Shown piece after piece: positions 34,603-44,024 of a DNA stretch of 62,363 nt. Location: the IMG/VR virus record IMGVR_UViG_3300045988_026745; one strand, given 5' to 3'. The stretch is from a virus. Within the stretch, counting starts at the first letter, position 1. Each line of letters starts with the position of its first letter. The position numbers and the translations under genes were made by a program. Below the pieces are notes generated by a model. That model was not told where the DNA came from. It saw only the letters and a list, made by a program, of their open reading frames with translations, and did no database searches.

Positions 34603-35019
34603 TTATTCCTGTGCCTGATTGATAGGAATTGGAGTATTAGACTGATTTGCAGCTTCTGCTGCACCAGCCGGAATAATCCCATTCACAAACTCTGCTGCTT
34701 TTTCAGCATTCGTACCAAGCTCCATAAATAACTTAGAGTATGCTTCAGTCTGAGAAAACGCTGTTGAAAGTTCTTTAGATTTAACAAAGCGTTTACCGTC
34801 AGGAGATTTCTCGCCATAAGCTTTAAGGATGAGCTCTTTAAAGATTTTAATAATTGATGGCACATCCTGTGTCTCTACAATTCTCTGAATCATATCCGAG
34901 AAGCCACCAGTTGTACTCATTTCCATTTCCATGACTTCTGCCTGGCTGAGATTGAAATAAAAGTTTTCCGTTCTTTCAACACCGTTATAATCTGTGTAAG
35001 TGATTTCCTTCTTTAACAT
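34603..35019 (-). CDS. Tail assembly chaperone (138 aa)
   Basis: Located immediately downstream of the major tail protein gene. Acidic, small. Confidence 0.6.
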   Translation of the reverse strand: MLKKEITYTDYNGVERTENFYFNLSQAEVMEMEMSTTGGFSDMIQRIVETQDVPSIIKIFKELILKAYGEKSPDGKRFVKSKELSTAFSQTEAYSKLFMELGTNAEKAAEFVNGIIPAGAAEAANQSNTPIPINQAQE

Positions 35020-35044
35020 AGTTTTTCTCCTTTCATTTTTAGAA

Positions 35045-35077
35045 ACAAAAAGACCCCGCCTATATAGACAGGGTCCT
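35045..35077 (-). terminator. Hairpin + T-run after the major tail protein gene
   Basis: Minus strand: GGACCCTG-TCTATATAG-GCGGGGTC hairpin followed by TTTTTGTTT. Confidence 0.55.
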
Positions 35078-35090
35078 AATGGTATTTAAT

Positions 35091-35759
35091 TTACGCCGCA
35101 GCGCCTTCGATAATAGACTTAATTTCATCAGGTAATGGTAAGCGAGCTTCTGCTGTTGAACTACCGTACAGAACGTCCTCAATAGCTTTCATCTTAGCTG
35201 CACCAAGTTTAACAGAATCAAGAACAAGAGATGCTGTAGGTTTGAATCCTGTTACATTAACAGGTGTAGTTGATACTTCCCAAGAGAAAGTGATAGCTTC
35301 TGGTGAATCATTTACAGTAGCATATGCTTTCTCAGATGGAGCAGCAAGACAACCGTATACAATATGAAGCTTGTAACCATATTCATTGCCTTTAACATCA
35401 TTACCGAGTGAAGTTCTGTAACTAAGACCGAATGTCTTACGATCCTGCTGACCGATAGTAACACCTTCAACAAGAGATCCAGAACCGTCGCATTCTGCAA
35501 ATTCGTCCGGATATGTATAAGCTTCAACAGTGGCTTTGAATTCCTCTGTAGAAAGAAGATTCAAATACTTAATATCATCAGCATATAATGGAGTAGGTTC
35601 TGCTCCCTCTGGAGATTCAGTTACAGCTGTAAGACCATTCCAAGCTACGCCTTTTGGGTATGCGCCGTTATCGTCCTGCGGGTAAAGAACTCCCTGTTTT
35701 ACACCGGTTTCATAAAGTCTTTTACCGGCATCGTCCCATGTTAATCTCTGAGTAGCCAT
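35091..35759 (-). CDS. Major tail (tube) protein, 222 aa
   Basis: 'TWDDAGKRLYETGVKQGVLYP...GVAWNGLTAVTESPEGAEP' is typical of siphovirus major tail proteins. The position also fits. Confidence 0.8.
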   Translation of the reverse strand: MATQRLTWDDAGKRLYETGVKQGVLYPQDDNGAYPKGVAWNGLTAVTESPEGAEPTPLYADDIKYLNLLSTEEFKATVEAYTYPDEFAECDGSGSLVEGVTIGQQDRKTFGLSYRTSLGNDVKGNEYGYKLHIVYGCLAAPSEKAYATVNDSPEAITFSWEVSTTPVNVTGFKPTASLVLDSVKLGAAKMKAIEDVLYGSSTAEARLPLPDEIKSIIEGAAA

Positions 35760-35773
35760 TTATTTGCCCTCCT

Positions 35774-36079
35774 TTAAAAATATAGACTAAATGTATCATG
35801 ATTAAGATTATCAGATTTGTAATGCCTGTCATAAGAGCAATACGGCAAACCTAACAACTTATCAAGAACTGGATCATCGGGTTTCTTAGATATAACTGTT
35901 ATGTCGTATCTATTAATTTTGGAATACTTAGTGTCATTAGCACTGGTAGTCCTAATATTACTTTTGGAGTACACAATAGCTGGGTACTCCATTTTGACGG
36001 ATTCGGGAGGCTGGTAATAAACCTGTCTACTACCAAGTAACTCTTCTAACTTACTCTGAAGTTCAATCCGTGTTCCCAT
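35774..36079 (-). CDS. Head-tail joining/tail completion protein (101 aa)
   Basis: Track ORF to 36088. I prefer ATG 36079 after 'ggaggtgtctaca'. Located between the capsid and tail tube genes. Confidence 0.55.
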   Translation of the reverse strand: MGTRIELQSKLEELLGSRQVYYQPPESVKMEYPAIVYSKSNIRTTSANDTKYSKINRYDITVISKKPDDPVLDKLLGLPYCSYDRHYKSDNLNHDTFSLYF

Positions 36080-36386
36080 TGTAGACACCTCCTATTGTAA
36101 GATTTAATCGAGGGGGCTGGGTGTCTATATCAGTGATCTTCCATCTAGCTCCCATGATTTCAGCGTATGCCATATGTGAGCAATTCTCATAAGCAAATGG
36201 ATCAGCTATAATGCTAATCACACTCGTGAGATTGATGTCATCGTTGACATTACCTGACGACTGACGCCTGTACTTATCGCTGATTAGATCACCGTAGTAA
36301 TCTCTTGTAACAATAGTATCTTCCCACACACCAGGCTCAGTTTCTCCTGTTATAGCATAGCCGATTTTACCAAACCATTTGCTCAT
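36063..36386 (-). CDS. Head-tail joining protein (107 aa)
   Basis: ORF track. Call is based on position. Confidence 0.55.
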   Translation of the reverse strand: MSKWFGKIGYAITGETEPGVWEDTIVTRDYYGDLISDKYRRQSSGNVNDDINLTSVISIIADPFAYENCSHMAYAEIMGARWKITDIDTQPPRLNLTIGGVYNGNTD

Positions 36387-36396
36387 AATATTTCAC

Positions 36397-36678
36397 CTAG
36401 GCAGATTTAGCTGTGGCAAGATCAGCCTGTGTAGCTGTTGTGCCGTTAGTCTTAGCATAAGTAACTGTAGCAACCTTGCTTACAACTTTGAAGCTGATAG
36501 GTTTATACATTACTCCCGTATCAACAATAATCAGCCCCCTAACAAACAGGTCTTCCAGAACATCAGCTGAAACCTTTGTTTTGAAACCTTCTTCCAAGTA
36601 TGCATAACCGTCAGATTTTACATAAACCTTGGTTACTGCTTCATACATTGTGTCATCATGATGAAAAATTCTATCCAT
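36397..36678 (-). CDS. Small head-associated protein (93 aa)
   Basis: ORF track. An 'aaaaggaggatattgta' SD precedes it. Directly downstream of the capsid gene. Confidence 0.6.
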   Translation of the reverse strand: MDRIFHHDDTMYEAVTKVYVKSDGYAYLEEGFKTKVSADVLEDLFVRGLIIVDTGVMYKPISFKVVSKVATVTYAKTNGTTATQADLATAKSA

Positions 36679-36700
36679 TACAATATCCTCCTTTTACTTA

Positions 36701-38512
36701 TTAGCTAATTGGCTCTTCAAGAGCGATTGCAGAATACAGTTTAATAAGGGAACCTGACAGACGTGTCTCCAACATATATTTATATCTGTTGAAGTCCATG
36801 TCGAAGTCTTCGAATTTAGTAATCTCTCCACCCTTTGTGGAACCGAACTGATAGTCAGCAAGGTTTACAAACAGACCAAGAAGACCTTTCTTATGACCAT
36901 CAGATGTTTCTCTCTGAAGTCCTTCAAACTGCTCTACAGTATGAATTTCACCAACGTTAAGTGCTGCTGCAAGGTCAGCCTTAGAATCGTAAATTCTACG
37001 ACCATTTAAGTCACGGGCCAAAAGCATTACATTTAACAGATGTGGTGTGCAGTAAAGATCTGGTGTTCCAGAACCTTTGAATTTCTCACGAGAATATAAA
37101 GCTGCTTCAATCATAGCCTCAGCTTTGATGTAGTTCTCACTGAAGTTTGCGCCAGTGTTAGTACCCTGAAGTTTAGTCTTAGCTGCTTCAAAGTCTACAT
37201 CCTGATGGATACAATACAGATCATCATCATGCCAGATTGAACGAATGTGATCTTCATGGATCTTGTCTGGATCGCCTTCTTCACGACCGTCACCAACCAG
37301 TGCAGCCATAGCAAGAGTTTCGTCCAGGATGTGACGCATTAATTTCCACTGGTATGCTACAACATCGAAATCTCTGATATCAATAATATCATCACGATGC
37401 ATATCGTCTTTGATGTAGATAGTCTGAGGATCAGTTGTTCTTCCGATCATCTTGATATCCGCCATGTTCTGTTTGTAGTTACCTTTCTTCTGATAACCCT
37501 TAGCTTTCAGCTCAGCAATTCGAGCATCCGCCTGTCTTGTACGAATACGGCTATATGGAGATTTATGAATCTTAGAGATTGCTGCTGCGATCCAACTCTG
37601 ATCTCTTTCCAGTGTCTCAGGTTCACCTTTTTTAAGCAGCTCGTACTCTGGGAATAATTTCTCAGTATCAGCATCAGTGAATACACCGTGCGCGAGATTA
37701 CCACCATTCTCCTCAGCGTAAATCTGCATAGCCATCTTTAAGCTACCAACATTGCTCTGTTTCGCAAGTTCAACAATAGCTTCCTCATCGGAATGGCTAA
37801 GTACATTTGTCTGCTGCATTTCTTCTTTGTCAAATACATTATGCTTCATTTCTTCCTCATCTCCTTCTTTATTATCGTCGGCAGATCCACCGGCATCATC
37901 TAATGCCTGACCAACTAACGCATACATTACGGTTTTCTGTTCTTCATTCATGGAATCAATAACTTCCTGAACAGTCTTGTCACTTCCGGATTCTTCAGGT
38001 TTCTTGTTCTGATCGTCCATCTTCTTATCTCCTTTCTCTTCGCTCTTTGGTTCATCTGAATGATAGAGCATGATGTTCTCATCATAAGATGCATAAAGAG
38101 TATCCTCTTCATCAGCACTGTGAGCCATAGCGAAATCAATATATGCTCCAGGATTTGCTCCTGCGAGAACCAAACTAAGCTCTCTAATGTTTCCATGTAT
38201 TACATCTCCGCCCATCTGTTTAAGCTGATTAGCCCAGATAGATAAAGATTTAACATCGCCATTCTGTACAAGTTTCTTGGCAGTTTTACCCTGTTCGGTG
38301 TCATTAAACACACCGTAGGCATAAACACCATCATCACGATTCTCGAGTAATGCATGTCCAAGAACTGCGTCAGGATTATTATGTTCGTGGTTCCAGACTA
38401 ACGGGACTTCACATCCGTCGTTGTCTTTAAACGCATTTTTTCGAATGGTTCGACCATCAGCGCAGAGCAAGTCATTTCTGGTTGCCCATCCGCTAAAATC
38501 AAATTTAGCCAT
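36701..38512 (-). CDS. Prohead protease - acidic linker - major capsid protein fusion (603 aa)
   Basis: Track ORF to 38575. I prefer ATG 38512 (MAKFDFSGW...), which overlaps the portal stop. The N-terminus resembles the HK97-type prohead protease ('PLVWNHEHNNPDAVLGH', 'SLSIWAN'). An acidic 'EEKGDKKMDDQNKKPEESG' segment follows, then a ~330-aa capsid-like C-terminus. No separate capsid or protease gene exists elsewhere in the genome. Confidence 0.7.
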   Translation of the reverse strand: MAKFDFSGWATRNDLLCADGRTIRKNAFKDNDGCEVPLVWNHEHNNPDAVLGHALLENRDDGVYAYGVFNDTEQGKTAKKLVQNGDVKSLSIWANQLKQMGGDVIHGNIRELSLVLAGANPGAYIDFAMAHSADEEDTLYASYDENIMLYHSDEPKSEEKGDKKMDDQNKKPEESGSDKTVQEVIDSMNEEQKTVMYALVGQALDDAGGSADDNKEGDEEEMKHNVFDKEEMQQTNVLSHSDEEAIVELAKQSNVGSLKMAMQIYAEENGGNLAHGVFTDADTEKLFPEYELLKKGEPETLERDQSWIAAAISKIHKSPYSRIRTRQADARIAELKAKGYQKKGNYKQNMADIKMIGRTTDPQTIYIKDDMHRDDIIDIRDFDVVAYQWKLMRHILDETLAMAALVGDGREEGDPDKIHEDHIRSIWHDDDLYCIHQDVDFEAAKTKLQGTNTGANFSENYIKAEAMIEAALYSREKFKGSGTPDLYCTPHLLNVMLLARDLNGRRIYDSKADLAAALNVGEIHTVEQFEGLQRETSDGHKKGLLGLFVNLADYQFGSTKGGEITKFEDFDMDFNRYKYMLETRLSGSLIKLYSAIALEEPIS

Positions 38513-39752
38513 TTTGACTTTCTCCTCCTTCTTCATAATATTGAGATTCTTCGTCGGTTGGTCGCATCGTCTCATCAGGCTGACTTATGTTGCTATTGAT
38601 AAGTTCATCGGCCTTCGGATCATCTGATGGTTTCATACCGACAATCTGTCTAATTTCGTTAGAGGTCATGATCTCGTTTCTAGTAAACTTATCGGCTATT
38701 TCAGCAATGTCGTTAACAGGAACAAGTCTGAATGGATCTCTAAAGAAAGTAATTGTTTGTCTTTGTGATCGAGCTGTTTTCGTGAGGAACTTTCGTTTCA
38801 TTTCATCGACTATTGCTGATACAATAGGTTCGACAGTACGATTATTATAATTCAGCATCGTCTTTTCATCGGCGGTACCATTGAGAACCTCTTGTGTAAT
38901 TCCTAATTGGCTATACATCATTTCAGTGAGATACTCGATTTGTTTGAGAAGGTTGTTCTCTAACGAACGATTTAACTGGGTGACCTTTTCGGTTCCATCA
39001 GTATATGCAATACCATACTTAGAACCAGTCAGCTGCTCTTCGATCTCTTTTCGTCGTCGATTAGCCTGTTCTCGTCTAGCATCAGTTTTAACAACATATG
39101 GTAACTGTATAATCAAGTCTAATTTACCGGACGCCGTTTGTTCATCTGTCACATCCAATAAACTAAGCTTTCTTATCAATCTTTGCATAGTTGAGTTATG
39201 TTCATTGATAACTGCATATAACGGATTTTCTATAATAGCTACCTGACTTTTTGGCAAAAGAATATCTTCTTTATCACCAGTCTGATCGTTATATAATCGC
39301 ACTCTCACATGAGCTGGATACCAATCAAGTATCTTTCCAGTTCTCATTGATAATATGTCATAAGAATTAGTAATCTTAGGATTAAGTGTTGTATCCACCG
39401 GAACAATTGCAACGCAACCTTCATCCAACATAGACATAACAACATCCTGAATAAACGCTCGACCTGTCTGATCTAGGTTTGCTTCGAGATCAAGACAATT
39501 ATTTAACCCAGAATCTATGTCTTCAACATACCTTCTGTTTTCATCTAACCGACAATGCTTGATGTCGATACTAGCAACATCTAAAGCTATACGGTTAAAG
39601 ACTGATGTAACAATAGATCTTTCATTCCCTCGAGAAAGTCTGGGTCTATCAGGTCTTATTGAATAACTAGATCCTGTTGGCGTATATGTTGGATCTCTGT
39701 TCATAAAAGCATTGTAGGCATGTTTAAGCCTTGAGCCAATATTGATTTCCAT
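38505..39752 (-). CDS. Portal protein (415 aa)
   Basis: Position between terL and the protease-capsid gene, plus size. An 'aaaggagaaaatcaaa' SD precedes it. Confidence 0.65.
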   Translation of the reverse strand: MEINIGSRLKHAYNAFMNRDPTYTPTGSSYSIRPDRPRLSRGNERSIVTSVFNRIALDVASIDIKHCRLDENRRYVEDIDSGLNNCLDLEANLDQTGRAFIQDVVMSMLDEGCVAIVPVDTTLNPKITNSYDILSMRTGKILDWYPAHVRVRLYNDQTGDKEDILLPKSQVAIIENPLYAVINEHNSTMQRLIRKLSLLDVTDEQTASGKLDLIIQLPYVVKTDARREQANRRRKEIEEQLTGSKYGIAYTDGTEKVTQLNRSLENNLLKQIEYLTEMMYSQLGITQEVLNGTADEKTMLNYNNRTVEPIVSAIVDEMKRKFLTKTARSQRQTITFFRDPFRLVPVNDIAEIADKFTRNEIMTSNEIRQIVGMKPSDDPKADELINSNISQPDETMRPTDEESQYYEEGGESQNG

Positions 39753-39838
39753 TTTGATTTTCTCCTTTATACTTAAACGGCAGAGAGCTACTCGCCGTCA
39801 CCTCTCGGTTTTCACTCTATAGATTTGCCGCTTTTAAG

Positions 39839-40087
39839 CTATTCAAGTTCTATTCCTTCTACTTCAGCTCTAACCTGCAAGCAACGAATGTATTCGCTCA
39901 TATATCGCTTCTGTTCAAGAAGCAATGCTTTTGTACATTTCGGAGTGAAATCGAGTGTTCCAGCGTCCCATTTAATGAGCATCTTATGTAATTTGTCATA
40001 CCGAATCTTTGCCTGAAGATACTCGGCTTTGAATCTCTCTTTGTAATCTGAACTATTCATAAGTTCGACAGTTTCTTTTAATTCCAT
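39839..40087 (-). CDS. Hypothetical protein (82 aa)
   Basis: ORF track. An 'aagggggattatc' SD precedes it. Confidence 0.65.
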   Translation of the reverse strand: MELKETVELMNSSDYKERFKAEYLQAKIRYDKLHKMLIKWDAGTLDFTPKCTKALLLEQKRYMSEYIRCLQVRAEVEGIELE

Positions 40088-40099
40088 GATAATCCCCCT

Positions 40100-40640
40100 T
40101 TAGTGATTCATCTTGTATTGTGCTGCAACTTTAATTCCACTGTATGCTCCAATAAATACTGCTGTGTTTCTAAGAGCTTGTTTGTTAGCTTTTTTACGTG
40201 CTTCTTTCATGGACATATTATTATCTACAACATATTTGGCAGCTTTCTTTCGTGTCGCACTGTTATACAAAAGCTTTTCGCCAAAAGATGTCTTCTTATT
40301 TATCTCTTCGTAAGTTTTATTCAATGCATTTTTATGAGCTTGATTAGCTTCCCTAACGGCTTGATTCTCCTTACGAACCTGGTTCTCTACACGCCGCCAC
40401 TGTGCTTTGTTTTCGCGACCATGGAATGCAGTATTCATTTTAGCCATACCGTTTAAAGCTGCTCCTCCTGCTTTAGTGCCCTGTACTTTTCTAAAAGCAG
40501 CAACCCCTACGTTTTTTCGGAGCCCCAACTGTTACTCCATTGCTTGCCTTGAATTTATCCCCAGATTGTCCGTAGTAGTTTTTACGCTTACCCCACTTCA
40601 TACCTTTGACTCTGTGATGACTTAAATAATTGTCTTCCAT
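40100..40640 (-). pseudogene. 'HH-x-VKGMKWG' family protein split by a +1 frame change at an A6 run (error, pseudogene or recoding)
   Basis: ATG 40640 after 'ggaggaaatcg' opens MEDNYLSHHRVKGMKWGKRKNYYGQSGDKFKASNGVTVGAPKK..., which stops at 40491. The 142-aa track ORF 40100..40528 continues in the +1 frame. The two frames join if the run 'ccgaaaaaacg' (40512..40517) has one A fewer. Confidence 0.6.
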
Positions 40641-40652
40641 CGATTTCCTCCT

Positions 40653-42416
40653 TTACTCAAATGCTTCTCTATTAATCTTGAACGATACAAAAGCATCCAT
40701 CATAGCTGCCACTGCATCAATTTTCGCATCGTATCGCTTCTTTAATAATTTACGGTTGCCGTTTGTGTCTTCCATGACGATACAGTTACCCATGGTAAAC
40801 GTCATGAGGTCTTCGTCAAACAAGAGCATCCTTTCTTCAGACAGTTTTTTCAGTTCACCTAAAGGAACAGATTCTGTCTTAGCTCCTTGGATGACTTTCA
40901 CAATTCCGAATGGACCATTCTCTCGTTCCCATCGTTCTACAAACTCTCGAGCATTATATGGGTCGTATCCGAAGCATCGAACATCATATCCAACCTCTGC
41001 AATATGGTTATCAAGATCTTCATAGACCTGCATCATATCGAGAATGTTGCCATCCATAACAATTAAGCTTCCTTCTTTCATAAACTCTTCATATTTGAAT
41101 CGCATAGCTGATGGAAGTTTGTTTAATGTCAACTCGGTTATATAGTTTCTTGTCTTTATGCCAAAAGACCCATTCGATAATGGAAACAGAAATACGAAGG
41201 AACAGAAATCATCACCCTGAGACATGTCGGCACCTAAAGCGCAAGGCAACTGCCAATATTCTCTTCGTCTATGTGGTAATGTTTCTTCATATGTAAAATA
41301 ATAAGTGTAACCTTCCATAGGAATGCCAAAACGCTTTGCAAGAATATCGTTTCTTGTCGCGGGAGCCTGTTCAGCTCTTTCGACTGCATCCTGATAAGTT
41401 TCATAGGTTACTGTTTTATCAAGGTTAGGATTTGCTTTAAGCCACATGGCTGGATCGCTAACCTCATCAATGGAGTCAAGCTTATACCAGAAGATAGATG
41501 TATGGGGGGCATTGTACTCACCCTTGAGTATCTTCATTAACTCCATTTTGATTGTGTCGCCACTTCCGTTACGAACTGTACCTTCGGAAGAGATTGCCAC
41601 TATAAGGTAGTCGTCGTTACTTCCTCCGCCCTGTTCTTTTGCAGCACCCTGTTCAAGAGCGCCGATAACATCTTCTCTGATGTCACCAGATAACCACTCA
41701 TCGACAGTTGCAACTTTAACTCGAAGACCCTGAAGCTTATCAATTGACATAGGTCTAACTTCAAGTAAGGAACCAGTCAGAAAATTCTGAATTCCTTTCT
41801 TAGTCGAAGCCAACTTAACCCGGTTTGCTTTATTACCTGTTGTGTTCTGAAGAGACCCTTCTGTAAGAAACTTATACAACGGTCCTCTTGATCGTGTTAT
41901 GGCTGTTCTTATCGGTGACATAACTTCTTCAGCCTGAGCCATTGTTGGGGCTGTAGTAACCTGATGGGTTGTTGCTGTATCGACATTCAAGAAATAGTTT
42001 TGAATACACGAAGCATACATTGACTTAGCAGCACCTCGAGCAACTATGAGATACTGTTTGTTAATCAATCTTTTCTTGATTGTTTTCTTAACATAATGTC
42101 CGCCATGACCATCTGGATTTGGTTCGTAAATACTTCTCTCAACGAAGTAATACCAACCGAAAATCTGTTCAGCCCATAGTTTAAATGAATCTAATAAATG
42201 AAGATCCTCACCGTTTGTTAGTGTAAGCTCGTTCTCGCAATAATTAATAAAACCCTGAATTGCTTGGTCATCATACCAAACCCCAGGGTTATTGATTAAA
42301 GCATCTATTCGATTCATCTCCATGGAAATTTCTTCGCATACCGGAATTTCTCCTCTTATTACGGCTTCACGAAACATGCCGTAATATTTTGGCGTGGCAG
42401 TGTTTGATAAAGCCAT
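40653..42416 (-). CDS. terL: Terminase large subunit (587 aa)
   Basis: 'LHLLDSFKLWAEQIFGW', P-loop-like 'LIVARGAAKS', 'KVATVDEW' and a C-terminal nuclease-like region. Located upstream of the portal gene. Confidence 0.85.
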   Translation of the reverse strand: MALSNTATPKYYGMFREAVIRGEIPVCEEISMEMNRIDALINNPGVWYDDQAIQGFINYCENELTLTNGEDLHLLDSFKLWAEQIFGWYYFVERSIYEPNPDGHGGHYVKKTIKKRLINKQYLIVARGAAKSMYASCIQNYFLNVDTATTHQVTTAPTMAQAEEVMSPIRTAITRSRGPLYKFLTEGSLQNTTGNKANRVKLASTKKGIQNFLTGSLLEVRPMSIDKLQGLRVKVATVDEWLSGDIREDVIGALEQGAAKEQGGGSNDDYLIVAISSEGTVRNGSGDTIKMELMKILKGEYNAPHTSIFWYKLDSIDEVSDPAMWLKANPNLDKTVTYETYQDAVERAEQAPATRNDILAKRFGIPMEGYTYYFTYEETLPHRRREYWQLPCALGADMSQGDDFCSFVFLFPLSNGSFGIKTRNYITELTLNKLPSAMRFKYEEFMKEGSLIVMDGNILDMMQVYEDLDNHIAEVGYDVRCFGYDPYNAREFVERWERENGPFGIVKVIQGAKTESVPLGELKKLSEERMLLFDEDLMTFTMGNCIVMEDTNGNRKLLKKRYDAKIDAVAAMMDAFVSFKINREAFE

Positions 42417-42428
42417 AATTGTTCTCCT

Positions 42429-43484
42429 TTAACTTAAATATCTCTCTGTTTTTCTTCGAACATAAGAATTACACTCAGACAAACTCTTAGTGCCGAATTT
42501 TGATACATAGCCTAATGTGTTAGCCGAAACTTCTTTAGCCATTCGTTCAGCATTGTATCGTCTATACAACCTGTCCACCACTTTTGGATTGGTTTCTGTT
42601 ACCGACTGTAATCTAACTGAATCAGTATCAAACACAATCATAGGTCGTTTAGCATGATAACTTGAATATTCCTTATCGTTGTAATCAAGTAATGCATTAT
42701 ACCCCTTCTTCTTCAACTCTGAATAGAATCGATTCTGTGCTGCGATTTCCTGAGAATTATGGTTTGTTAGAGAAAGGTTTAATGCTTTATATATCGCTAC
42801 TTTCTCTGACTTAGATAATGTACTCGGATCTTTGTTCAAAGCATTTTGAGCTTGCTTGAATAAAACCTGTTGTGTTGGACGTCGCATTTTTTCTTTTGAA
42901 TCTTCTATTGATGCAACTACATTCTTTTTGAAATCTGGCTCTCTAAGAAGATTGGCTGTAATGTGTCCTGCATTCTCGTCAGACGGAATCTTAAGTTTCT
43001 TCGTCGCATCAATCTTAAGCTGGTAGACTTTCATGTTATCCGATTTACTACGAAGCTGTTTCGCAATAGCTAGATCAGCATCGCTACCTGAAGCATTTGC
43101 CTGTTTTTCAGCTCGCTTGGCCTCTGCGTTTGCTCTACTTGTAAGATTCTTACCAAATAAACCCATATACTCATCAATGTCATGCTTCTTATATGTAGCA
43201 TAAAACGCAAAGTTTTCAAAGTCCTTAGATGTCTGAATTCTTGAGAAAGTCGTACCTTTCTTCAAATATGTATCAACGTACTGTCTTCCTGTGATCTGAG
43301 TTTTTGCAGTGTTTGTTAATTCACTGACTTTCATACTCATCAAGGAAGCTATACGTTCGGTATTATTCTGATTATTCTGATATCTCTTTTTGCCGGCCGG
43401 GGTATATGATCCATCAGCAAACTGATAGCGTCGAACGCTCCACTTCTGACCTTTTATTCCATGATGATATAGTTCCATAGGCAT
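42429..43484 (-). CDS. 'ELYHHG-x-x-G-x-KW' family protein (351 aa)
   Basis: The N-terminus 'MPMELYHHGIKGQKWSVRRYQFADGSYTPAGKKRY' is paralogous to 43485..44024 and 40100..40640. Confidence 0.75.
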   Translation of the reverse strand: MPMELYHHGIKGQKWSVRRYQFADGSYTPAGKKRYQNNQNNTERIASLMSMKVSELTNTAKTQITGRQYVDTYLKKGTTFSRIQTSKDFENFAFYATYKKHDIDEYMGLFGKNLTSRANAEAKRAEKQANASGSDADLAIAKQLRSKSDNMKVYQLKIDATKKLKIPSDENAGHITANLLREPDFKKNVVASIEDSKEKMRRPTQQVLFKQAQNALNKDPSTLSKSEKVAIYKALNLSLTNHNSQEIAAQNRFYSELKKKGYNALLDYNDKEYSSYHAKRPMIVFDTDSVRLQSVTETNPKVVDRLYRRYNAERMAKEVSANTLGYVSKFGTKSLSECNSYVRRKTERYLS

Positions 43485-44024
43485 CTACCCCTTTAACTCT
43501 TTTATAGCTAAAGCGATACCCAATGCTGAACTTGTTAATGTGAGAGCAGTTCCTGCGTTATCAAGAATCCTACTAACATGTTCACGCCCTTTAGATTCGT
43601 TCTTTGGATTGAACATATCGTTATACTGTCGCTCAAGATAGGCACGATTAATCTGATCTCTCATTTCTTTATCAGTCATATGGCTCAGATCCATTTTCGG
43701 GGCTGGGTTATTTTTAATGCTTCTTTCATTAGCAGTCTTAAGCTGATTAACCATTGTGTTACTAGCATCTGTAAGACGCTTCGAACGCTCCATGTCTTCT
43801 TTAACATATCTATGAGCATCGACTTTTAGTGTGTCTCTACCTTTTTTGGTTTTCTTATACCGAACACCACTTGATTCGTCACGCTGATCGTAACCTTTTT
43901 CTCGAGCATCTCTGGCATATCGTTTCTGACCATGAGATGTTAACGATCCATCTTTGTTCTGGTATCTCCGGACGCCCCATTTCATACCGAGAACACCATG
44001 ATGATAAAGTTCATTTTGATTCAT
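43485..44024 (-). CDS. 'ELYHHG-x-x-GMKWG' family protein (179 aa)
   Basis: N-terminus 'MNQNELYHHGVLGMKWGVRRYQNKDGSLTSHGQKRY'. C-terminal hydrophobic helix 'ALTLTSSALGIALAI'. Confidence 0.75.
   Translation of the reverse strand: MNQNELYHHGVLGMKWGVRRYQNKDGSLTSHGQKRYARDAREKGYDQRDESSGVRYKKTKKGRDTLKVDAHRYVKEDMERSKRLTDASNTMVNQLKTANERSIKNNPAPKMDLSHMTDKEMRDQINRAYLERQYNDMFNPKNESKGREHVSRILDNAGTALTLTSSALGIALAIKELKG

Noticed and set aside
34020-35019. The expected -1 programmed frameshift between the two tail chaperone genes (G/GT type).
   Set aside because: The two ORFs are separated by a 25-nt gap, and the second has its own SD and ATG. I saw no overlapping extended frame or slippery heptamer.
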